Positions 11,382 to 23,100 of a stretch of 64,000 nt of DNA are shown piece by piece. The notes beneath the pieces were generated by a model. That model searched no databases and was not told the origin of the DNA. It saw only the letters and a program-made list of their open reading frames with translations. The stretch covers positions 35,278,001 to 35,342,000 of the forward strand of contig OZ024740.1 in the NCBI GenBank assembly GCA_964016885.1, in the 5' to 3' direction. Source of the stretch: Eledone cirrhosa. Lineage: Eukaryota. How positions within the stretch are numbered: position 1 is the stretch's first letter; each line of letters opens with the position of its first letter. The position numbers were made by a program, and so were the translations under genes.

Positions 11382-14300
11382 ATGACCTCACTCAGAATAG
11401 GCAGCATAAATGCGCGTGGCTTGGGGTCGTCATGGAAGCAGGGCCACCTGCTCAACGACCTCAGGTCACTAAACATAGATGTAGTGGCCATCAGCGAGAC
11501 CAGAATCTCCGAAGCACGGGCCTTCGCACCGATCTTCGGCGGCTACGATGTGTACGCATCACCCAGCCGTCCGAGATCGGGGGGAGGAGTTGCTGTGCTT
11601 TTTCGGAGAGGTTTGGATCTTGCCATACGGGCCATCTTCCTGGACCCAGAAGGTAAGTTGGTGGTGCTAGACGTGACCAGCGGAGACGGGCAAGCTTTCA
11701 GGTTAGTGGCCGTCTATGCCCTGACAGGAGCAGGGCGGCCTGATTTCTTCCGGCGTCTGGAGACCTTTCTTGGAACGTCTCGCTCTTTAGTGTTAGTGGG
11801 CGACTAGAACGGGATCTTAGATGCACGCTGGGATTGTGTGGGATTAGTGGATAGGGAAGGAGGGTGCAAGAGTCTCACCAACCTGCTCAGGCGTTTTGAA
11901 CTGTCTGACAGGTACCGAATGGATTTCCCGAATGTACCAATGTGGACTTGGACAAATCGCATAGGGTCATCCAGATCATATCTAGATAGAGTATTTTGTA
12001 GGGAAATAGATAGGTCTAGCATAGGCTGTCCACAATTCAAGATAGTCAGCTACACGGACCACAAATTCGTGATCTGTGTGCTTGACTTAGATAGGCTTCA
12101 TAGACGAGGACCCGGCTACTGGAAGCTAAACGCGTCCTTACCAGCACGCAAGGCCTACAGAGACCGAATTAGCGAACTAGTTAAGCGGGCGTTGACGGGG
12201 GCCATCGTCAACAACAAGTGGTGGTTTGCTCTGAAAAGAGCAATTAGAATAGAGTCCATTAGGTTTAGTAAGACTTTAGCAATAGAGAAAAATAGAGCAG
12301 AGGGAGAATTAGTTAGAAAATTAGGTGAGGCGCTTAGTAAAGGCATCGCGACCGACGTACTTGCGGCGAAATTGGCCCTTGACCAATTCTTCAATGCAAA
12401 GCACGAAGGCTGCGTTGTCAGAGCTAGGGTGCGTGCTCTCAGATACGAGGGGACGAAAGCCGTTCAATGGGCCCGAGTGGCGGAGGCGCGTCGTGGCAAC
12501 AAAGCCACGATCCGGTCTTTGGTGGACCACGACGGGCGCATGCTAATCGATCCGGGGCAAATGTGTGAAGCTTTTCAGCGACACTTCGCTCAACTGTTCG
12601 GGGGTAGTGGCGGGCCGGATCGAGGGATGGACTTTAGTGTCTACCTCGACGGACTGCCGCGGCTTTCGGCCACTGAGGCGGAGTGTTGCGAAAAGCCGAT
12701 AACAACCGCTGAAGTACGGGATGCAATGACTAGTTGCACAAGGGGTAAATCGCCTGGTTTGGATGGTCTGCCCTATGAACTTTACGTACAAATGCCAAAC
12801 TTGTTCGGAGGCCTCTTGGCGGACGTCTACTGCAACTGGCAACAGAACGGGAGAATTCCCAGCTCTGTGAGCCGAGGAGCGGTGGCGCTGCTGAGAAAGG
12901 ATCCGAACAAGGGGGATAACATAGATAATTTTAGGCCCATAACTCTGCTAAACACAGAGTTCAAGATTTTGGCCAAGGTGCTAGCAAAGAGGTTGGCGCT
13001 TGTCGTTGGTGGTCTGGTGGGAGAGGCGCAGACATGCGCCATTCCCGACAGATCCATCCACGACAACCTCCACCTCATGCGATACATCGTAGAGAGGGTA
13101 GCTAGGGAACCTGGCACGGGTGGGTCTTTGATCAATTTAGATCAGTCGAAAGCCTTCGATAGGGTCGACCATCGTTACCTAGCGGCAGTCCTGAGGGCGG
13201 CTGGCTTTGGGCCCGTCTTCAGAGGCTGGATCGCTGCCATGCACAGCGACATATGCTCTGTAGTGAGAGTAAACGGTCACCTTTCGGAACCGTTCAACAT
13301 CATGCGCTCGGTCCGCCAAGGATGTCCCCTCTCGTCCCTATTGTACGTATTGACTCTAGAGCCATTACTGCACAAACTGGAGACGTTGAGGGGGTTCCCG
13401 CGCGAACTAGGATGCGCAAGATCCGTGTCAGCATATGCCGACGATGTCACCGTGGTGGTGTCGAACGCCAAACACATCGAGGCGATCGGCACTACACTAA
13501 GAGAATACGAAGCGGTGACAGGAGCAATGATCAACCAGGAAAAGTCAGTGGGCCTGCAGCTCGGCACCTGGATAGGCAGGTCCATGCCGTCCAACAGCGT
13601 CGTCGGGCGCTGGACGGACGGACCGGTTAAATTGCTAGGGGTCTGGTTCGGTCCAGACCTCCAGACGGACAAAAACTGGGACGAGGTGACGAGCAGGGTG
13701 GCTTCTCTCACCCAGAAATGGGCCGAGAGGAAGCTATCCCTGAAAGGTCGAGCGGAGGTGGCGAATGCGTACATCTCGTCCGTCATCTACTACCGCCTGA
13801 CCGTCGTACCTTGTCCTAAGCCCCGCCTGACTGCGCTGGAGCGTTTGCTCTTTCGCTTCTTGTGGAAGGGACGCGCTCCGATGGTCAGGCGGTCCATCTG
13901 CTGTCAACACCCGCTACGTGGAGGGCTGGGCATGCCGTGGCTGATGATGCGCAGACACGCGCTCAGGCTACGACATCTCCACCTCTTCCTCGACGGTGAT
14001 CAGGTGTGTTCGCCGTTTGCAAGACACGTTTTTCCCCAGCTCGTCTCCTTGACGGAGCTGCAGTCCTGGGTCAAGCGAAGACCGAGTGGGAGCGCTTGGA
14101 GACTGGAATGTCTTCAGGCGCTCACAGCCCTCGACCAATCGGGCAATGTGATCGGTGGAAACTCCACCTTGGCGTTCTATAGGGGATTAGTGGAGGGGAA
14201 GAGCGACGACGTACTTGGAGAAACTCTAGGCGTCGACGAAAATCAACTAGCCAATCTCTTCGGAAGGACTTTCGGGCCGGAGCCTATGGACAATTTCCAG

Positions 14301-14801
14301 AAATCCCTGGCCTGGCAGTGCTACCGGGGTGCTTTGCCAGTTCGGGATAAACTCTACAGGCATGGAGGTGCCGTCAGCCGGGCATGTCCGAGATGCGAAC
14401 AGGGCGACGAAACCGTCCTGCACGCACTCGTCCAGTGTCCGAGCATTGCTGACTTGTGGTTTTATGTCGAACACCTGCTGTCACGTGTAGGACGGATCCA
14501 GCTATCAGCTGAGTCCATCGTGAGGATTGCCCCGCCCTTTTACTTTAGCCGGGAAGGGCAGGCAGTTTTTATCTGTCTGGTGGCCATGGCGAAAGAGATA
14601 GTATGGTGGACACGTTTGAAAGGGCTGAAGACGAGCACTTACCTCTTCGGTGATGCCCTGATTAACTTTTTCAAATTTCATTTGAAAAGGAAAATCAGGG
14701 TAGAGAGGGAAGTGCTCTCTTCCCAACATTTTCTTGAAAGATGGGTGAGAGAAACAAGTATGGCCCGAATGAATGGGCCTTCTCTGAGTATGTGTCTGTA
14801 A
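11382..14801 (+). pseudogene. ORF2: APE endonuclease + reverse transcriptase + CCHC, one in-frame TAG (11805-11807, TGG in copies 2 and 3)
   Basis: SINARGL, ISETR, LVGD[W]N, YLDRVF, YTDHK; RPITLLN, LDQSKAFD, RQGCPLS, AYADD; CPRC..ETVLHALVQC. Confidence 0.92.
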
Positions 14802-15043
14802 ATTAAAGGTGGAAAACTGGGAGAGGGCACTTGCCCTGGTGGTCAGGGCCACTGTGGTCTTTTAATGGGCTTTCTCCACAAATGTCCCTTGGAAGTCTCC
14901 CCCCTATTGGGGAATTTTTCTTTGTTATTTTATTTCAACCTCTGTTTTTTTACACGCAGAAATGCCCATTTGTACCGTCCTGTATTGTCCTGTACTGTCC
15001 TTAATGTCTACTTTATGTGAACCCTTGTGGTTAATAAAGAAAA

Positions 15044-15044
<1 letters not shown>

Positions 15045-15127
<83 letters not shown>
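15045..15127. repeat. (TTA)n tract after Tx1-like copy 1
   Basis: Seen directly. Confidence 0.97.
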
Positions 15128-15142
15128 CAATAATAATAATAT

Positions 15143-16640
15143 TATCCCCATTACCATCTTATCAATAAGTAACTGGTCCTTTGTACCACGTGACTTCTTT
15201 CGGCATCCTTTCTGTTCATCCTTCAGTTGGTTAGTTTTTTGGATTGCCCCTAAAGAGTTTCAACTGTGATACTCAAATCAGTTTATTGGTGTGCCTGCTC
15301 ACCGATCTCCCTCTGTACTGTCTCAATCCACCCTGGTCATTATGTCTAACATCCTGCTCCCATATTCCTCTCCAGAATATTTTAGTTTGTTCCGCCTCGG
15401 GGATCAAGTCGTTGCCTCTTTCTTTCCCCTCAAGCTGTCCAAACAGCATCTTCTGGTTGTTGTCGAACATGCGGTTCTGTTTATACTGACTGACTCTGTT
15501 CTCGTATCGCCTGATTTTTGCACTCTTTGCTACAATGCGTTGCTTCAGTTCCTCTATGATAATATTTAGCTTTTTCCTCCTAGTTTTGTACTTTATTTCC
15601 AGTCTATTTTTAGTGCCTATGTTTTTTAGTGTCCCATTCAGTAGTGACTCAAGTTTTCCAATGTCATTTCTCATTTCCCTGATTTGACCACTCAGTCGTT
15701 TCTTCCACCAAGGCTCTGCTCTTTCTTGTCTGTTGTTTCCACTCGCTTTTATACCAAGTAGTTTCCTCACCGTATTTGCTGTTGCTTTGAGGATATTGTT
15801 GCACTGGTGAAGGCTCCTCGCCTCAAGGTATGGGATGACTTTGTTTACCTTAGCTGTTGTTTCTTTTAACTTTTTCCTGTCTACAAATCTTAGGTTCATA
15901 GGTCTCCCACTATCATTGTTCAATTCATCTACCACTAAATTTAGGATGTCAACCGAATCTTGTCCTAGCCCGTCAGCATTCATCTCCTCAGTGGCCGTAT
16001 CTCTGTTCCAGGTATTATTTATCTCAGTATTCAGATCATTGTCTGCTTCGGGTGGTTCCTCCATTCTCTCGACCTCTTCACGTTCATTTCCCACTGGTTC
16101 GTTTGCCTGGCATACTCCACCCTCCATCTCCAAGCTAATCTCTCTGCTCAGTTCCTCCAGTTCCAGCTCGCTTATCCACCTATTAGTTCTTATTACCTGA
16201 GCCTGCCCGGCCAATTTTTGTTCATCTAATTTAAATAGACCAATCTCGTTCCAGATGTTATGCATCCGTCTCCTATAGCCCCTCTCCTTGAGGTTATTTT
16301 TCAGGTAACATTGCATAACAGTTCTATTCAATTCTTTCGTCCAGTTGGTTCTGGTCCCTTTCCTTCTTCTTCCTCCGACACCAGCAGTATTTGGTTGACA
16401 GCCAGGTTCCTGCTGCTGAGCCAGGGAGCACCTGTTGGGTGAGATTCTGTCACATGACGTTCTAGTCTCAATTTCACCGTTATTCGAACTGTTTAGGTTC
16501 GATATTTAAACACTCTTATCGAGGATTGGCGAATGTATGGTTACATAACCATCTGTGGATTCACCGTCTCCGGTGGTTGCGTCGCTCCACTTGGCTCTTG
16601 TGTGGCATTATCACCACGCTGTAGACGAACACAAATAAAC
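15143..16640 (-). mobile_element. Second, divergent R4/Dong-type element; 5' part only, internally deleted and 3'-truncated
   Basis: ORF 15273-16331 has an R4-type N-terminus (GYRRRMHNIW..DEQKLAGQAQVI..ELELEEL; ELKQRIVAKSAKIRRY); the remnant EQKGCRKKSRGTKDQLLIDKMV lies just before the (TTA)n tract; the 5' boundary is approximate. Confidence 0.8.
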
Positions 16641-17242
16641 AAACAAACAAACAGGCAGAAAAAACCCAAAAATGAATAAGCATAAGTTTCATTGTAATGT
16701 AGTGTTCGGATGTCTGACTTAGTTTTTCCCTTCTCTTCTCTGTCCGTCCGCTTGTTTCTCCATTCTTATTTTCTTTACGTTTTTTTTTGTTTTTGTTTTT
16801 CTCTGTTTGTTTTTTTTTGTTATTTTTGTTGTTGTTGTTGTTGTTGCTGTGCTGCTTTGGTTTTGATTTTTGTTTTTTCTTTTGAGTCTATCTATATATT
16901 TTGATGCCTTCCTCTTTTTTAGTAGGAATTCTATAATGTGGTAGCAGTGCTGTGCTAGCAGCAACTAACAGGAAGCAATGGGAGAGAATAGCGGCGGTAG
17001 CGATACTGAGACAGTGGTGGTGGTGATGTCGATACTGAGGCAGTGGTGGTGGTGATGTGATCGTATTACTGTACTGATGGTGTTGTAGCGGTGGTAGCAA
17101 TGAAGGAGTGGTGGCGGCGGTGATGGGATAGTGGTAGTAATGATGGATGGGCGGCGTTGTCGTTACTGATGTCCGTTCGGTGAATCTATGGGGTTAGTCG
17201 CGTACATGTGTTGACATAAATTCCCTTAATGTTGGAATTAAA

Positions 17243-17292
<50 letters not shown>

Positions 17293-17293
<1 letters not shown>

Positions 17294-20130
17294 AGTTGCA
17301 TTTATCTTGCTTTATGTTCATACGAGTTATCACCAAGTCACAACCAGTGACCTCAAGAGACAACAAGGTCCGCCATGTTCAAGAAAGAACATACATATTC
17401 ACACATGCATCTTTAGTGTTTAGACTTGTGATGTACTTATATTGACAGAATCTTCCTTAGTATATGGGCAGTTCCCATTAGTACTATCTTTTGTATTTCT
17501 CCTATACGCGGGTTTACTGGGATTTGCGATATGTAATCATTAGACCCCTTAGGTATCATCCCCAGAGCGCCTACAACCACTGGTATTGTTGTAGTTCTGA
17601 ATTTCCACATTTTTCCAATTTCTATCTCCAGGTCCTTATACTTGCTCAATTTTTCAAATGTTTTTATAGATACATTCTTGTCTATTGGAACAGACATATC
17701 AATTAGCAGGCATACCCTCTTTTGAAAGTCCTTCAATATTATATCAGGTCTGTTTGCATCTATTTTTCGGTCTGTTTGGATGCTAAAGTTCCACAAGATT
17801 GAGATGTGATCTTTTTCAAGTATGGGAGGTGGTTGATGCTCCCACCAATTCTTTTGATGGGGCAGGTCAAAATGCTTACACATTATCCAATGTATGTATT
17901 GTGCAGCTCTGTCATACCTGTTTAGGTATTCGGTTGGAGCTATAGGACTGCACATTGAAATTATATGGTCAATGGTCTCTGGTTGTTTTTTGCATACACG
18001 GCATAATGGGCTGCACCCATTTTTTATTATGTTGGCTTGGTAATTTTTTGTTGGCAGACACTGATCTTGTGCCGATATAATCAGTCCTTCAGTCTCCGAT
18101 TTCAGTCCAGAGGATACCAACCACTGATGGGTTAAAGTTTTGTCAACATCAGGATTGTTAGCTCGCTCTGGGTATTTTCCATACAGAGGCTTTTCTTGCC
18201 ATTTCTTAGCCAGTGTCTGTAGCAGTTCTTTCTTTGCAGTTACTTTTACCTGCTTTGCTTTTTCTGTGTTTTCCATTTCAGCAGTAAATGGGACTTCTGA
18301 AATTTGTAGTCCATTACTGTATCTTTGTGCATCTTTTGTGATGGAATATGATCTTTTGATGCTTTCGTGTTTCAAAACGAGTTTGATCATCCAATCATGT
18401 GATTCCCTTAGATATGTAGATAATCCAATTGTTGCAGTTTTCAACGCAATGTCTAACTGGATTAACCCACGTCCTCCTTCTTTCCTAGGGAGATATATTC
18501 TATATATATCTGCTTTAGGGTGATGCATTCTGTGCATGGTTAAGAATTTTCGAATTTTTGTATCGAGCCTACGGATCTCTGTGCTTGACCAGTTGATGAC
18601 ATTGTAACTGTAGGTTACTACTGGTATGGCAAGCGTGTTTATGGCATCGATCCTATTCCTTGCATTCAATTCCGTTTTTAAGATTACTCTCACTCTGCGG
18701 TAACATTCCTTCCTTATCCTTTCCCTCATTGTCGAGTGCTTGATTCCGTCTCCTTCACAAACACCTAGATATTTGTAAGTTTTTTCTTGATCAAGTTCTC
18801 TTATCACGTTCCCCCGATCAAGATTAATGTCTGAACTCTTCAGCAGTTTTCCTCTGGTGAACGTTGCTTTGGCGCATTTATCTAGTCCAAACTCCATTTT
18901 AATGTCATCACTGAACTGCTTCACAGTGGATAATAGCCCTTGCAATTGTTCATAATTTTTTGCAAATAGTTTCAGGTCATCCATGTAGAACAGGTGATTA
19001 ATGGTTTTGTCATAGACTTTATATCCATGTTTTGTTTCATTGAGCATTTTACTTAATGGTATAAGTGCGATGCAGAATAAAAGCGGTGATAAAGAGTCAC
19101 CCTGAAAAATTCCACACTTAATATTAACTTCTCCAGCTTCCAGTGATTTTGTTTCACTATTCAAAAGGAGTGTCGTTTTCCATGTCTTCATACTGAATGA
19201 CAAAAACCTCCTGACAACGGGGGATACTTTGAAAATCTCTAAACATTTTTCAATCCAACTGTGTGGCAAACTATCAAATGCTTTTTTATAATCTATCCAA
19301 GCAATCGATAGATTTTTGTGTCTATTATGACAATCTTCCAGTATCATTTTGTTAACCAGAAGCTGATCCTTACAGCCATATGAGCCTCGTTTACACCCTT
19401 TCTGCTCAATGGGAAATAGGTCATTTGTTATCAGGTGGTCATATGTGTATTCAGTTAGGACTGATGTTAAAATTTTATACATTGTGGTCAAGCAAGTTAT
19501 CGGTCTGTAATTTTTGGGATTGTTTGTCTCATCATTCTTCGGAAGCAGGAATGTAATGCCGTTAACTAGCCATGAAGGTATCTTTTCTGGCTCCTTAACT
19601 ATTTCATTGTAAAGTTGGGCTAACAGCTCATGAGACTCTGTGAAGGCATTTATCCAAAAGTTTTGTATTTTGTCTTTTCCTGGGGATTTCCATTTGCTGG
19701 TTTTTCTTAGAGCCAAGCGCAACTGTTCAACTGTTATATTTTCCCATGTTTGTTCCTCAAGGTGAGGAAGTGATGGGAAGGTTTGAACCATTAGCTGATT
19801 TTTCGACCCCAGTCTGGTTCCTCTCTAAGGGACGCGTCCCTTTTTTACCCGGGTGACGGCCGATCCGATGTGAGATTTTATCATTAGACATTTACTTTAT
19901 TTTGTCGCGTTTTATCCTTATCCGCCAAGGGGTAATCATTTCGTGTTACCACTTCTAGAAGGAGTGTCAACCAAGACTAGAGGGGTCGTTCTCCCCTAGA
20001 GACACGGCTATTCCTCACCGGCCGCCATCCCGGTATTTCTTGGTCGCGGGGTTTTCTTTTTGTTGTTTTTTTAAATCGTTATTATCATGAGTGGTTCCTT
20101 AATGTGAGCATTGCGTGGCTTAAGAATGAA
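17293..20130 (-). mobile_element. R4/Dong-clade element, copy 2 (~1.2-kb internal deletion; RT-RLE frame 17437-19791 uninterrupted)
   Basis: Near identical to 4343-8161; the junction at ~19766 joins copy-1 position 6602 to 7799; (TTA)n on both sides (17244-17292, 20131-20156). Confidence 0.92.
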
Positions 20131-20156
20131 TTATTATTATTATTATTATTATTATT

Positions 20157-23100
20157 GGCGACCTACGTAGGAAATCGTATTATCGTGAGCTCCGCAAAGG
20201 TTTGTTATTTCCGTTTGTTTAAAAATTGCCATTTATGGAACATTTTATTGTAAACTGTTTATAAGCACACATACATTGTTTTCCGAAAAGGACACCCAAA
20301 AAGATTGGGGCCTTGTGCCCAAAATTTTAACTTTTATTATTATCCAAAAATTTCTTTGAAAAAAAATGGCTAATTCCCCTGTGCACGAAGCAGCTGAAAG
20401 CCTTCCTCACAAAATAACACCTCACACCGACACCTCCATTGTAAATGTTACTACGTTTGCCAACACAAAAAAAAAATATAAGCAGTAGCAATATTTTAAA
20501 TTTGTCTCAGGCAGACATTCATTTCCCGCCATTACCAATGACTGCAGGTGTTAAACCCTCCACCACCACCACCACCGCGACAACCACCACCACCACCACC
20601 ACCACCGCGACAACAGAAACAAAAGAAGAAAAAAATAAATTAACTCGTGACGTCGAAATGAAATCAAGCAAAATGGACTCTTCCCCACCAAAGACGACTG
20701 ACGTCACCACCACCACAACTGAAAATAAAATTAATATTAACGATAGCAACAACAACAACAATGACATTATAAAACCGACCCTCAGTTTCGCCATCGTAGC
20801 AAAACAATTCGAAGCGTTCACGGTAACTCAAGAAGATTTAAAAAATGCCAAACAAATGGTAAAGAAAGATGGGTACAGGGTCAGCCTCACCCCCCCACCT
20901 AATAAAATGGAGCATCGGCGCCTGTGCACCGTGTCGTATAGAACAATAAATGTAAAATCGCGCCGAGTGGAACGGGCATCCGAGTCCCAAATCCAAAAAG
21001 CTTTGGGACATGTGTGGGCAAGAAAAACCCATATCAGACGTGGGCAAAAGTATGGAACCGTGGATGTGTTCTTTGAAACACCAGAGGAGGCTAGAGAACA
21101 CTCCATGGCCCCATTAAAAAGTGACGACCTCACACTCGTCCCAAGCTATTGTGGCCAGAGACTCGTAAAGATCAGGGTGACCCACGTTCCACCGGCCATC
21201 GAAATTCCCTGGCTAATAGCGGCTGTCCTCGCCGGCATCGAAGCCAACACGAAAATAATAGCAGTAGCAAAAGAAAAGCAGGAAAACTGGTCCGGATCTG
21301 GGATGGAGTTCCTGATCCAAGCGGACCAAAAAAGCATTGAGGAGATCCCAGAGGTAATAGACCTCACTGACGGCAGCCACCTCACGGTAATTGTCGAGGG
21401 CAGAAGACCTAGGTGTGTCGTTTGTGGTGAAGGAACCCACCTAAGGGCTTTCTGCCCTCAGGCTAAAAGGTTGAGGCCACCTCTCCTACCCACCCCAGTG
21501 ACACAACCATCAACACCACCAGTAGCAGAGATGGCAGCAACAACTGTAGCAGCAACAACAGAAGCAACTATAACAGCAACAACCCCAGCAACAGTAGCAA
21601 AACCAACACCACTACCACCACCAGCAAAACCAACACCACCACCACCCAACGCTTCAGAACTAGCACCAGCGCCTACACCATCCACCACACCACAACCAAA
21701 ACTAACGGCTGTGGAGGATTTTCCACTCCCCGGCTTATCACAACTGGAGACAGATTGTGACGACGAGGAGTGGGAAACGATATCCGGAAAAAAAAAAGAA
21801 ACCAAAAAAGAAAAAATTCTCTTCCTTCCCCCTCCAAAAACAAAATACAGAGGGAAACAAATAAACTAAGAAACAAAAAAGTTAGGACAGATATGCCACC
21901 ATCCACACCAGCATCACCAACCCCATCAACTCAAACACCAACACAATCACCATCATTATCCCCAACACCACCATCACCTACACCACAAAAGTCACCAAAA
22001 TGCGAAACAGAAACAAACCCACAACAAACGTAAACAAAACAAAACAACCAAAACGATACACACTACACAGCATTAAATTTGAACAACAAGCAATTATTAC
22101 ACTACATCCAACACAACACCAGCATCACAGAAAAAGACTACACAACAACCCCAAAATTCACACCACCTCCACACATACAAATCACTCGCATCACACAGAA
22201 AACGTACATGACACTAAAACAAAAATTCCCCAAAGACATCGGAGACTTCCGACAAGCACTCTCCAGGAGGATTTATAAGGACATCCTTCCTGAGGAGGCC
22301 ACAAGCAGTGAAAAGGATGGAAAAGCCGTCCTTCCCCTACGAGAAGTAAGGTAAGTGGTCTTTCCCATCTTTTCCACTCCTTTTCAACATGACCTCACTC
22401 AGAATAGGCAGCATAAATGCGCGTGGCTTGGGGTCGTCATGGAAGCAGGGCCACCTGCTCAACGACCTCAGGTCACTAAACATAGATGTAGTGGCCATCA
22501 GCGAGACCAGAATCTCCGAAGCACGGGCTTTCGCACCGATCTTCGGCGGCTACGATGTGTACGCATCTCTAAGCCGTCCGGGATCGGGGGGAGGAGTTGC
22601 TGTGCTTTTTCGGAGAGGTTTGGATCTTGCCATACGGGCCATCTTCCTGGACCCAGAAGGTAAGTTGGTGGTGCTGGACGTGACCAGCGGAGACGGGCAA
22701 GCTTTCAGGTTAGTGGCCGTCTATGCCCCGACAGGAGCAGGGCGGCCTGATTTCTTCAGGCGTCTGGAGACCTTTCTTGGAACGTCCCGCTCTTTAGTGT
22801 TAGTGGGCGACTGGAACGGGATCTTAGATGCACGCTGGGATTGTGTGGGATTAGTGGATAGGGAAGGAGGGTGCAAGAGTCTCACCAACCTGCTCAGACG
22901 TTTTGAACTGTCTGACAGGTACCGAATGGATTTCCCGAATGTACCAATGTGGACTTGGACAAATCGCATAGGGTCATCCAGATCATATCTAGATAGAGTA
23001 TTTTGTAGGGAAATAGATAGGTCTAGCATAGGCTGTCCACAATTCAAGATAGTCAGCTACACGGACCACAAATTCGTGATCTGTGTGCTTGACTTAGATA

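Larger units (their letters stand above)
9143..15044 (+). mobile_element. Tx1/L1-clade non-LTR retrotransposon, family A copy 1 (full length, ~5.9 kb)
   Basis: Starts GGCGACCTACGTAG, ends GTGGTTAATAAAGAAAAC, flanked by (TTA)n; ORF1 has a CCHC knuckle, ORF2 has APE + RT + CCHC. Confidence 0.93.

Noticed and set aside
12155-14852. Antisense and alternative-frame ORFs recurring in the Tx1 copies
   Set aside because: Shadow ORFs of a GC-rich RT gene; they recur only because the copies are nearly identical
18527-18746. Dong internal deletion as a spliced intron
   Set aside because: No GT donor at any placement of the junction; the ATTC microhomology explains it
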